Virus record (IMG/VR): IMGVR_UViG_3300023504_000199
DNA length: 37,110 bases
Reading direction: 5' to 3' (one strand)
Source of the DNA: a virus
Shown: positions 26,169-33,462 of the stretch, piece by piece
How the letters are laid out: each line of letters starts with the position of its first letter
How positions within the stretch are numbered: the stretch's first letter is position 1
Made by a program: the position numbers and the translations under genes
Notes under the pieces: generated by a model
The model's input: only the letters and a program-made list of their open reading frames with translations
Database searches by the model: none
Told to the model about the DNA's origin: nothing

Positions 26169-26197
26169 TTGTTTTTTTTAGCAGTCATTGTTATAAT
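26169..26197 (+). promoter_or_regulatory. Candidate repressor-gene promoter
   Basis: TTGTTT (26169-26174), a 17-nt spacer, then TGTTATAAT (26189-26197). This lies 31 nt upstream of the ATG at 26228, which has RBS GGGAGG. Confidence 0.5.
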
Positions 26198-26227
26198 TTG
26201 TATATAAGGATATAGGGAGGTTCATAA

Positions 26228-26596
26228 ATGAATAAGAGGATAAAAGAATTAAGAAAATATTTACAGTACAATCAGAAGCAGTTTGCTGATGCACTCGGTA
26301 TTGCTCAAACATCTGTTAGTTTTCTAGAACGTGAAGGCTCTAATGTTACTGAACAAAATATAAAAACTATTTGTACAGTATTTAATGTACGTGAAGAATG
26401 GCTAAGAGAAGGAAAAGGAGAAATGTTTAATCAATTATCTATCGATGAGGAAATCGTAAAATACGTTTCTAAATTGGTACAGGATGGAGATCAACTAAAA
26501 AAGGATTTAATCCTTACTATTCTAAAATTAGATGCAGAAGACTGGGAAGTAATAAAAAAAATAATTACTGGTTTAAATTCAAATAAAAAAAGATAA
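26228..26596 (+). CDS. XRE-family HTH repressor (CI-like)
   Basis: NQKQFADALGIAQTSVSFLEREGSNVTEQNIKTICTVFNV is a classic HTH_3 pattern. The gene is divergent from the early operon. Confidence 0.8.
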   Translation: MNKRIKELRKYLQYNQKQFADALGIAQTSVSFLEREGSNVTEQNIKTICTVFNVREEWLREGKGEMFNQLSIDEEIVKYVSKLVQDGDQLKKDLILTILKLDAEDWEVIKKIITGLNSNKKR

Positions 26597-26618
26597 GCAA
26601 ATGCTTATCTTTTTAATT
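26591..26618. terminator. Bidirectional rho-independent terminator
   Basis: agataagc-aaat-gcttatct flanked by an A run (26583-26590) and a T run (26611-26614). Confidence 0.65.
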
Positions 26619-26629
26619 ATTTATTGTCT

Positions 26630-26749
26630 TTATTTGTCTTTATTATAGTTGTCTATGAAAACTTTTATTAATTTTAGATATTCTATATCATGAATTTTTT
26701 TTAAATTGTCTAAAATTTCTTTTTTTATGTTTTCTTCTTTTTTCTTCAT
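26630..26749 (-). CDS. Small hypothetical protein (39 aa)
   Basis: ATG at 26749 preceded by AAGGGGGA. Translation MKKKEENIKKEILDNLKKIHDIEYLKLIKVFIDNYNKDK. Low complexity, so uncertain. Confidence 0.3.
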   Translation of the reverse strand: MKKKEENIKKEILDNLKKIHDIEYLKLIKVFIDNYNKDK

Positions 26750-27050
26750 AAGCGCTATCCCCCTTTACATAAAATAAATACCCCTTTACATTTAGTCGAA
26801 CATATGTTTCATTAACATAATTATAGACTAAAGATATTCTTTTTTCAAGCGACGTACAATTTCGTAAGTTTTATATTATAAATTATTTTGCATAAATTAT
26901 ATATTTTTTTTAAATAATTTACAATACAAAATATATGGATCATAAATTTTTATTTTTTGCAATATTTTTTGTACTTTCATATGTTTATTTTTTAAAAAAT
27001 TTATACATAATAAATAAAAAATTTTTAAAATTATTAGGTAGGTGAAAATT

Positions 27051-28190
27051 ATGGAGGATATCAAAAGTGTATTTCTTAGAAAACGTAGGGATATGTATGA
27101 AGTTACTGTAAGATATACAAGTCCTAATGGAGAAGTTAAAACAAAATGTTATGAAAAATTTAAAAGGAAAAAAGATGCTGAAAAATATCTCGTAGAAATA
27201 AAATCATCTATAAACAATGAAAAATTTATACTTCCTAACACATTATTATTTACTGATAGATGTATTAAATACTATAGAGATAAAGAATATGAATATAGTC
27301 CAAAAACCGTTAATAATGCTTACTCTATTATAAAAAAACATATAAAACCTTATTGGGCCGATATAAAATTAAATGATATAACAATTAGTATGTATCAAGA
27401 TTTTATGAATTACCTAGGTAAGTCTAATCTTAGTAGCGCTACTATAAAAAAAATTTATCAGATATCTAATGCTACACTTAGAGAATGTTACAGATTAAGA
27501 GAAATAAATACAAATATACCCGAATTTGTATTCAAACCTAAATCTAAGAATATTGCTAAAAATAAATCTGATTTATATACTGTAGAGGAAATTCAATTAA
27601 TTCTAGAAAAATGTAAAGATACTAAAATTTTAGAAATTCCAATTAACCTTTTTTTATTCGCGGGCATGCGCTTTGGCGAAATTAGTGGCTTATGTTGGGA
27701 AGATATAGATTTTGACAATAATACATTAAATATAAACCATAATTTAGTGTATGATGAAAAAAATAAAACTTTTACGATGCGTACACCAAAAACAGATAGT
27801 GGTATACGAACTATTATCGTTCCAGATGCTGTTATTAAATTGTTAGATAATGAAAAACGTAGACAAACTAAGTTATTACTACAAGGCCTTTTTAAGAAAA
27901 ACGAATATAATGTAGTCTGTATGAATACACAATTTAGATATTTATCAGAAAATAATTTTTTACAAAGTTATAAGCGCTTTTTAAAGAATAAATGTAATTT
28001 AAGATATATAAGACCTCATAATTTACGTCATGCTCATGCTACACTTTTACTGGCATCTGGAGTTGATATGAAAACAGTAAGTGAACGATTAGGTCATAGT
28101 AAAATAGATATTACTATGAATACTTATTCACACGTATTAAAAGAGATGGATCAAAGAGCTTCTGATAATATAGAAAGAATGCTATTATAA
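27051..28190 (+). CDS. int: Tyrosine recombinase / phage integrase
   Basis: AGMRFGEISGL (catalytic Arg), HNLRHAHATLLL (HxxR), and GHSKIDITMNTYSHV (catalytic Tyr context). ATG 27051 has AGGTAGGTG upstream. The track's GTG start at 27042 is an alternative. Confidence 0.9.
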   Translation: MEDIKSVFLRKRRDMYEVTVRYTSPNGEVKTKCYEKFKRKKDAEKYLVEIKSSINNEKFILPNTLLFTDRCIKYYRDKEYEYSPKTVNNAYSIIKKHIKPYWADIKLNDITISMYQDFMNYLGKSNLSSATIKKIYQISNATLRECYRLREINTNIPEFVFKPKSKNIAKNKSDLYTVEEIQLILEKCKDTKILEIPINLFLFAGMRFGEISGLCWEDIDFDNNTLNINHNLVYDEKNKTFTMRTPKTDSGIRTIIVPDAVIKLLDNEKRRQTKLLLQGLFKKNEYNVVCMNTQFRYLSENNFLQSYKRFLKNKCNLRYIRPHNLRHAHATLLLASGVDMKTVSERLGHSKIDITMNTYSHVLKEMDQRASDNIERMLL

Positions 28191-28200
28191 TATAATTTAA

Positions 28201-28230
28201 GGTATGTATCTAAATTACATACCTTTTTTC
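28201..28230 (+). terminator. Rho-independent terminator of int
   Basis: ggtatgta-tctaaat-tacatacc followed by TTTTTTC. Confidence 0.7.
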
Positions 28231-28280
28231 TTGGGCACTTTTTGGGCACTCAAAACTCATTTGGGCACTTTCAGGGCACT
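28231..28280 (+). repeat. Four direct copies of TTGGGCACT (one is cAGGGCACT) as two pairs with 11-bp phasing
   Basis: Copies start at 28231, 28242, 28261 and 28272. Confidence 0.85.
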
Positions 28281-28281
28281 C

Positions 28282-28301
28282 ATTCCATATAATTCCATAT
28301 A
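28282..28301 (+). repeat. Tandem 10-mer ATTCCATATA x2
   Basis: Read directly at 28282-28291 and 28292-28301. Confidence 0.8.
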
Positions 28302-28390
28302 ACTAAAATCTAGCATTCTCAATATGTATATCATTAGAATCAACTCAAATAAACCTATTTCATTTATCCCCCTAATAAGTATATATTTTA

Positions 28391-28434
28391 AGGCATCTAC
28401 AATTTTTTCCCCCTTGTAGATGCCTCTTTTTTTA
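28391..28434 (+). terminator. Strong plus-strand hairpin plus T run inside the non-coding att-like region
   Basis: aggcatctaca-(13 nt)-tgtagatgcct followed by CTTTTTTTT. No plus-strand gene lies upstream of it. Confidence 0.6.
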
Positions 28435-28506
28435 TTTAAATTTCAACGTTTTATGAACCCTAATAATCAATTTATAGTTATTTTAATTAATTGTCAAAAA
28501 CCTTCA

Positions 28507-28526
28507 TTGGGCACTTATTGGGCACT
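28507..28526 (+). repeat. Third pair of TTGGGCACT direct repeats (11-bp phasing)
   Basis: Copies start at 28507 and 28518, in the same orientation as the 28231-28280 set. Confidence 0.85.
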
Positions 28527-28549
28527 CGTTAAAAATTTTTATTATTTTT

Positions 28550-28596
28550 TTATAAAAATAATAAAGAAGTACATTAAAAATTATTTGTACTTCTTT
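28550..28596 (-). terminator. Rho-independent terminator of the PP2C/Replic_Relax/FtsK operon
   Basis: An 11-bp stem aaagaagtaca / tgtacttcttt (28563-28573 and 28586-28596). On the minus strand it is followed by TTATTATTTTTAT. Confidence 0.6.
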
Positions 28597-28627
28597 ATAT
28601 CTACTATTATAATATTATTAGATAGTT

Positions 28628-29695
28628 TTATTGGTTTCCGGCCTTATTACTATCTGAAGCATCTACTATTTTGGTAGGTGCTTCTTTTATATTAAAACAT
28701 TGTATCTCTCTTACACTACTTCCTGTAAAAATCTTTCCATGCCCCTCACCTCTAAGTTTAGTTAAGGAATCATAATCTCCACAAACTACTTTACTTGCTT
28801 CTTTTGTATTTACTTTTAGTCCAATCTTGGTATTTATATTAGATTTTAATAATCCAGGTAGTATTTCTGCATATGGTGTCTGGGTTGTCAATATAACATA
28901 AATGCTTGCTGCTCTACCTTTTGCTAATAACTCTCCTAGTAATCTATAAAATTCCTTATCTACCTTTGGATTAAAACTCGCTAACTCTTCTATTATTAAG
29001 AATATATCTTTATATCTTCTATCTTTATTTCTTCTTAAAGTTTTATATCTTCTATTCATTTCTTCTATTAACTCTTCCATAATATCCTCTATACCATCTT
29101 TACCTTCACCATAATACTTACATTTATCTTTATATTGATACAAATCTATTAATTTTGTATCTTGAATATATAAATCTACATTTTTTCTTTTGATTAAATT
29201 ATTTACAATTACATCTAAACAAACTGATTTACCTGAGCCAGTTGCCCCTGCAATCAATAAATGGCATTCATTTGATGATCTGTAATACCAGTAAACAATG
29301 TTGTGTGTATCTAAATCTATTCCAACTGGAACTCCCTTTTTATCGTCAAAGCAAAAATCATTATAATTATATTTTTCATCATTGTTATTTATATGAATTA
29401 ATATTAATGTATTTTTATACTTTATTTTTAATTTATCTGAATTTACTTTTAGAAAAGTTGCTATCTCTATTTTATATTTCATAAAGTCATTTACTGAAAG
29501 GCCTGTCGGAATAGTGAAATAAAAATTATTATCTTTATATTGGTGATGTAGTATAGGATATTCTCCACTTCTATTACATAAACCAAGTTCATAAAATAAT
29601 TTATCCCAATTATACTTCTTTTTAAATACTATATTCTCTATTGCTTTAGCAGCATTAAATATACTATCTACTAATAGATTAATCAAATATATCAC
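28628..29695 (-). CDS. FtsK/SpoIIIE-family DNA translocase-like ATPase
   Basis: GVPVGIDLDTHNIVYW...HLLIAGATGSGKS (Walker A), IFLIIEELASF (Walker B), RAASIYVILTTQTP, and KIGLKV...SKVV. 355 aa, no TM segments seen. Confidence 0.85.
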   Translation of the reverse strand: MIYLINLLVDSIFNAAKAIENIVFKKKYNWDKLFYELGLCNRSGEYPILHHQYKDNNFYFTIPTGLSVNDFMKYKIEIATFLKVNSDKLKIKYKNTLILIHINNNDEKYNYNDFCFDDKKGVPVGIDLDTHNIVYWYYRSSNECHLLIAGATGSGKSVCLDVIVNNLIKRKNVDLYIQDTKLIDLYQYKDKCKYYGEGKDGIEDIMEELIEEMNRRYKTLRRNKDRRYKDIFLIIEELASFNPKVDKEFYRLLGELLAKGRAASIYVILTTQTPYAEILPGLLKSNINTKIGLKVNTKEASKVVCGDYDSLTKLRGEGHGKIFTGSSVREIQCFNIKEAPTKIVDASDSNKAGNQ

Positions 29696-30254
29696 CTGCC
29701 TTTTCTATTCTTATGCTATCATAAATAACTTTTATATCTTTCATTCTCTTATTTAATCCTTGATTATTAATAACATATAACGTAGGCATAACAGGCCACT
29801 CTGTATTTTCTATTATTATATCTTTAATTTCTTTATACTTTGATAAGCAGTCATTCGGACTTATTTGGACTTCAAGTAAAATTCTTTTTATTCTTTTATT
29901 TTTTCTTATTTTTAGGTATGCATCTGGAATGATATTGCCTATTTTGGGGCTTTTCTTAAACTCTAAAATTTCATATCCATTTTTTATAAGCTTCACTAAA
30001 AAATCAGTTATATAGAGATCATGTGCTATTAATCTTTTCTTTGGTCTTTTATCTAGATAATATACATACATGTTTTTTGTACCCTCTATATTAAACATTT
30101 CTCGATTTATATATCCTTCATCTGTTAATTTTTTCAATCGTCTAAGCGGTATATTTTCATGAACATCTGTAAATAATAATTCCTGTACTTGTCTTCTAGT
30201 ACATACTCTACAGACAGTCATAAATTCTAAAATTTTCAAATCACGTTCTTGCAT
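29679..30254 (-). CDS. Replication-relaxation (Replic_Relax)-like protein: N-terminal wHTH plus PD-(D/E)xK-like core
   Basis: DLKILEFMTVCRVCTRRQVQELLF...LRRLKKLTDEGYINR (wHTH), then HDLYITDF ... IIPDAYL ... LLEVQIS. It overlaps both neighbours, by 14 and 17 nt. Confidence 0.5.
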   Translation of the reverse strand: MQERDLKILEFMTVCRVCTRRQVQELLFTDVHENIPLRRLKKLTDEGYINREMFNIEGTKNMYVYYLDKRPKKRLIAHDLYITDFLVKLIKNGYEILEFKKSPKIGNIIPDAYLKIRKNKRIKRILLEVQISPNDCLSKYKEIKDIIIENTEWPVMPTLYVINNQGLNKRMKDIKVIYDSIRIEKAGDIFD

Positions 30255-30840
30255 ATTTTTTCCCCCTTTTTCTTTTTATATCTTTCATTTTTAAAATATT
30301 ATACTGCATCTTTTCTTCACAATTGTATAAAGCAAGTGAATTGACAAATTTAAAATTATTATTTTTAAATACATTTACATAGTCTTTGTCTTCTTTTATT
30401 AAAATACTCGAATCGCCTAAATTAAAAAATACTATATATTCTTTTAAAAAAATTACAAAACTCAAAGTCGTTCCAAAAAGCATATAATCTAATTTATATA
30501 CTTTGTAGTTTCTTTTATAAAACTCTCTATATACTAAGTCTCGCCACTTGTTTTTTATATCGTTTTGCACTTTTTTATTTTTTAAATCGCATATAAAGTT
30601 TTGCTCGCCTTTTTCTATATCTTCATTTAATTTATAAGTTTTCAATATCTCAAATACACTTTGACATGCAAGGTATGAACCTATATGGCTATATTTAAAT
30701 ACATCCATACTATGTCCATCTGCGACTGTACAAACTGCATAGTTTTTATACTTCTTATAAAGAAAAAAATCTTGTGATGAAGAAGATTTTACTATATTTT
30801 TATATCCAACAGCACCTTCACCAAATATATTAACTTCCAT
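30241..30840 (-). CDS. Short PP2C-like (PP2C_2-type) domain protein
   Basis: AVCTVADGHS, FGTTLSFVIF and FFNLGDSSILIK are spaced as in PP2C metal-binding motifs. At only 199 aa, the C-terminal metal-binding Asp region appears absent. RBS TAGGAGG. Confidence 0.5.
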   Translation of the reverse strand: MEVNIFGEGAVGYKNIVKSSSSQDFFLYKKYKNYAVCTVADGHSMDVFKYSHIGSYLACQSVFEILKTYKLNEDIEKGEQNFICDLKNKKVQNDIKNKWRDLVYREFYKRNYKVYKLDYMLFGTTLSFVIFLKEYIVFFNLGDSSILIKEDKDYVNVFKNNNFKFVNSLALYNCEEKMQYNILKMKDIKRKRGKKYART

Positions 30841-30910
30841 AAAACCTCCTAATAATCCTATTATTATTTAGTTTATTTAAGGTTTAATTTATTTATTCTA
30901 ATTTTTAACA

Positions 30911-30948
30911 TAAAAATAAGCACCACTTTGTGGTGCTTACTTTTATAT
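30911..30948. terminator. Bidirectional-looking terminator after the small membrane-protein gene
   Basis: aagcaccac-ttt-gtggtgctt forms a 9-bp GC-containing stem flanked by AAAAAT and ACTTTTAT. Confidence 0.65.
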
Positions 30949-30980
30949 TAAACTCGTATATTAACTTTTTTAAATTGTCA

Positions 30981-31295
30981 CTAAGATATTTCTCTTCTTT
31001 TGTTGTTTCTTTGTATATTGTTTTGGGGTGTTTTCGTCCTTTGTACTTCTTTCTTAACTGGTCTTCTACTAGTTCTTTTTGGTGTTTTATTAAAAATATA
31101 ATCTTGTCTAGCAAAAATAAGACCTACAAATAACATTGAAAAGCATAATCCACCTAAAATTAGATATACTATTCCGACACGCTCTACTCCCATTATTTTA
31201 TTACCAATCATTAGTACTAGCATTGCAAAAAAAGTTACTAATAAAGATGTAAGTAAAGTTTTAAAAATTCTTTTGAAAACATTCTTCATAACCAT
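30981..31295 (-). CDS. Small two-TM membrane protein with highly basic C-terminal tail
   Basis: TM-like LLTSLLVTFFAMLVLMI and IVYLILGGLCFSMLFVGLIF, with tail KTPKRTSRRPVKKEVQRTKTPQNNIQRNNKRRE. The ATG at 31289 is better spaced from GGGAGTGG than the ATG at 31295. Confidence 0.6.
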   Translation of the reverse strand: MVMKNVFKRIFKTLLTSLLVTFFAMLVLMIGNKIMGVERVGIVYLILGGLCFSMLFVGLIFARQDYIFNKTPKRTSRRPVKKEVQRTKTPQNNIQRNNKRREIS

Positions 31296-31428
31296 CCACT
31301 CCCAAAAATTATAATTTCCTTCAACTTATATAATAGCAAAATTTTACACAAATATCAATTGTTATCGCAATATTAATATGTTTTTGTTATATTTTGTTAT
31401 TATTTCTTAATTTCTTCATATGTATATT

Positions 31429-31448
31429 TTACAATTTATAAATTGTAA
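31429..31448. promoter_or_regulatory. Perfect 20-bp palindrome TTACAATTTATAAATTGTAA upstream of the peroxiredoxin gene (candidate operator)
   Basis: Read directly. It lies 59 nt upstream of the ATG at 31507. Confidence 0.45.
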
Positions 31449-31506
31449 CAATACTTTTGTTTTTTAATAATATAAATATAAAGATTAAATTTAAAGAGGT
31501 GATATT

Positions 31507-32034
31507 ATGCCATGTTTGCCTAACTTAGGTTCAAAAGCTCCTGATTTCACAGTAAACACTACATTCGGTCCTATCAATCTATCTGATTACTGTGGAAAAT
31601 GGGTAGTATTATTCTCCCATCCTGGAGACTTTACACCAGTATGCACTACTGAATTTATATGCTTTGCGAAGTATTATAATGAATTTAAAAAGAGAAATAC
31701 TCAACTTATAGGCCTTAGCGTCGACAGCAATGCCTCACATTTAGCATGGGTTTATAATATATGTCAACTAACAGGTATTGAAATTCCGTTTCCAATTATA
31801 GATGATTCAAACAAAACAATAGCTAAACTCTATGGAATGATTTCAAAAGATATGAGTGAAACATCAACTGTCAGAGCTGTATATATAATTGATGATAAAC
31901 AAATACTAAGAACTATCTTGTATTATCCTATGACAACTGGAAGAAATATATTTGAGATTCTTAGAATTATAGATGCTCTACAAAAATCTGATTGCGATAA
32001 TGTTGTTACACCAGCTAACTGGTTACCAGTTTAA
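31507..32034 (+). CDS. 1-Cys/Prx6-type peroxiredoxin, C-terminally truncated relative to the family
   Basis: [19 protein letters not shown] active-site motif, then RAVYIIDD...ILYYP...GRN..EILR. It ends at ...TPANWLPV followed by TAA TAG TAA. Full-length relatives continue about 40 aa further. RBS AAAGAGGTGA. Confidence 0.8.
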   Translation: MPCLPNLGSKAPDFTVNTTFGPINLSDYCGKWVVLFSHPGDFTPVCTTEFICFAKYYNEFKKRNTQLIGLSVDSNASHLAWVYNICQLTGIEIPFPIIDDSNKTIAKLYGMISKDMSETSTVRAVYIIDDKQILRTILYYPMTTGRNIFEILRIIDALQKSDCDNVVTPANWLPV

Positions 32035-32051
32035 TAGTAACAGTAATTGGA

Positions 32052-32936
32052 TTATTTTTCAAAAATTTCAACGTATTTTTCAGAAGAAGTTATATAAACT
32101 CCTGATTTTAATTTATACATATCTGTTCCAGTTCTCTCAATTTTTTGAGTTATAGTAAATACATCTCCTTTTTCAACTTCTCCTACTACACTGCTTAAAT
32201 TAAAATCGGCTTTATTATGTATGTTTATCTTGTCTGCTATTACTCTAAGATATTTTGTTTTATTATCTGTATTTTTTGCCACATAAGTTACACCTAATTG
32301 TTCACATACTCCTCTTGCTGTTGCTTCAGCACATTTTTCAATATAATCCTCGTCTAACATGCGTTTAGCTTCTTTCCAATAATCCATGAATCCATATTCT
32401 ATTAAAATAGCTGGTGCGTTTGTTTGTCTAAGTATTGCAAGAGTAAATCCACACATTTCAGTATCTTGTACAACACCATAATCTCTTTCCGGCTGTAATG
32501 CTTCTTTTAATTCAGCATGTACCTTATTTGCTAAAGAAACGGATTTAGAAGAACAACCTTTAGTTTTTAATACTAATAAACCTTTAACTCTAGTTTGGAA
32601 TTTAGCACAATTACCACTTGCATTGAAATGGTTTGATACAACTAAATCTACGCCTAAACTATTAAGATGTTTTGCTCTAGTAGCTAAAGGTGTATCTGTT
32701 TTATCTTTAAATCCAGAATATGCAACACCGATGTTACATCTTTTAAGTGCATCACCTAATGCATATGATACCTTTTTATTAAATTCGTATTCATGTATAA
32801 TTTGTCCTTTCTTTTTAAGGACGTTTCCTTGTTTGTCTTTTATATCATCTAGTATTGCTGGAGTTCTTTTTCCATCTGTCACTAAACTGTGACCCGCATC
32901 TATACCTACTAAATATTTACTCATATTATCACTCAC
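32052..32936 (-). CDS. Endolysin: N-acetylmuramoyl-L-alanine amidase (Amidase_3) with C-terminal SH3-like binding domain
   Basis: VGIDAGHS, VVSNHFNA, ILIEYGFMD, and a C-terminal beta-rich region of about 70 aa. It follows the holin gene. Confidence 0.9.
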   Translation of the reverse strand: MSDNMSKYLVGIDAGHSLVTDGKRTPAILDDIKDKQGNVLKKKGQIIHEYEFNKKVSYALGDALKRCNIGVAYSGFKDKTDTPLATRAKHLNSLGVDLVVSNHFNASGNCAKFQTRVKGLLVLKTKGCSSKSVSLANKVHAELKEALQPERDYGVVQDTEMCGFTLAILRQTNAPAILIEYGFMDYWKEAKRMLDEDYIEKCAEATARGVCEQLGVTYVAKNTDNKTKYLRVIADKINIHNKADFNLSSVVGEVEKGDVFTITQKIERTGTDMYKLKSGVYITSSEKYVEIFEK

Positions 32937-32945
32937 TTTCTTATA

Positions 32946-33203
32946 TTACTTATTTTCTATAAAACTTTTAAATACTTGATGTAAACCTGTTGAAGTTAAT
33001 CCTGATAACATACCAGATAATATTATTTCTACATTTAGATCTTTAGTTATCCAAATATTTAGTAATACACCTATTGCAGCTAAAATTGTAGGGATATATT
33101 TATTATCTACATCTTTAACCCATTTTTTTAATATATAACCTATGCATAAGCATACTCCAATTATTGTTGTTACTAAGTATCCATTTAAAACTGTAAAATC
33201 CAT
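32946..33203 (-). CDS. Holin
   Basis: The preferred start MDFTV at 33203 follows AGGAGG. There are 2-3 TM segments (LVTTIIGVCLCIGYIL, IPTILAAIGVLLNIWI, ILSGMLSGLTSTGL). It lies upstream of the endolysin. Confidence 0.7.
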   Translation of the reverse strand: MDFTVLNGYLVTTIIGVCLCIGYILKKWVKDVDNKYIPTILAAIGVLLNIWITKDLNVEIILSGMLSGLTSTGLHQVFKSFIENK

Positions 33204-33213
33204 AATAAACCTC

Positions 33214-33444
33214 CTAAAATATATTGTTTTGCACTGCATAAAAAAAGAAGCTAATGAAAGCTCCTACCAGTGCAGTAATAAACCATTTTAATGTTGCTGT
33301 TAATGACTTTAAGTCGATACATAAATTTTTTATCTCTGTCCTTAGAACTGCACTATCTTCTTTTAGTTTATCAATTTCTTGTGCATGATTATTGATTCTT
33401 CTTTCAAGTCTTTCCAGAGTCTCTTTTAAATGTTCCTCATTCAT
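33214..33444 (-). CDS. xhlA: XhlA-like lysis-associated protein (coiled coil plus C-terminal TM)
   Basis: 76 aa: LERLERRINNHAQEIDKLKEDSAVLRTEIKNL followed by TM WFITALVGAFISFFFYAV. Confidence 0.6.
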   Translation of the reverse strand: MNEEHLKETLERLERRINNHAQEIDKLKEDSAVLRTEIKNLCIDLKSLTATLKWFITALVGAFISFFFYAVQNNIF

Positions 33445-33462
33445 GTTAACTCCTTTCTAGTT

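Noticed and set aside
28231-28526. TTGGGCACT repeats as a possible CRISPR array
   Set aside because: The repeats are only 9 bp, with 2-10 bp gaps inside clusters and one gap of about 230 bp between clusters. There are no regular spacers and no cas genes.
28420-28677. Plus-strand 85-aa ORF in the int/FtsK intergenic region
   Set aside because: It starts inside the terminator hairpin, crosses two TTGGGCACT repeats and the minus-strand terminator, and has no RBS. The region is better explained as non-coding att/clt-like DNA.
30905-31133. ORFs 30905..31114(-) and 30930..31133(+)
   Set aside because: They overlap the membrane-protein gene and its terminator hairpin in other frames. There is no RBS, and the 104-aa ORF with clear TM helices explains the region.
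31973-32892. Plus-strand ORFs 31973..32155 and 32623..32892
   Set aside because: The first is an out-of-frame reading across the prx 3' end into the antisense of the endolysin gene. The second is antisense to the amidase domain.
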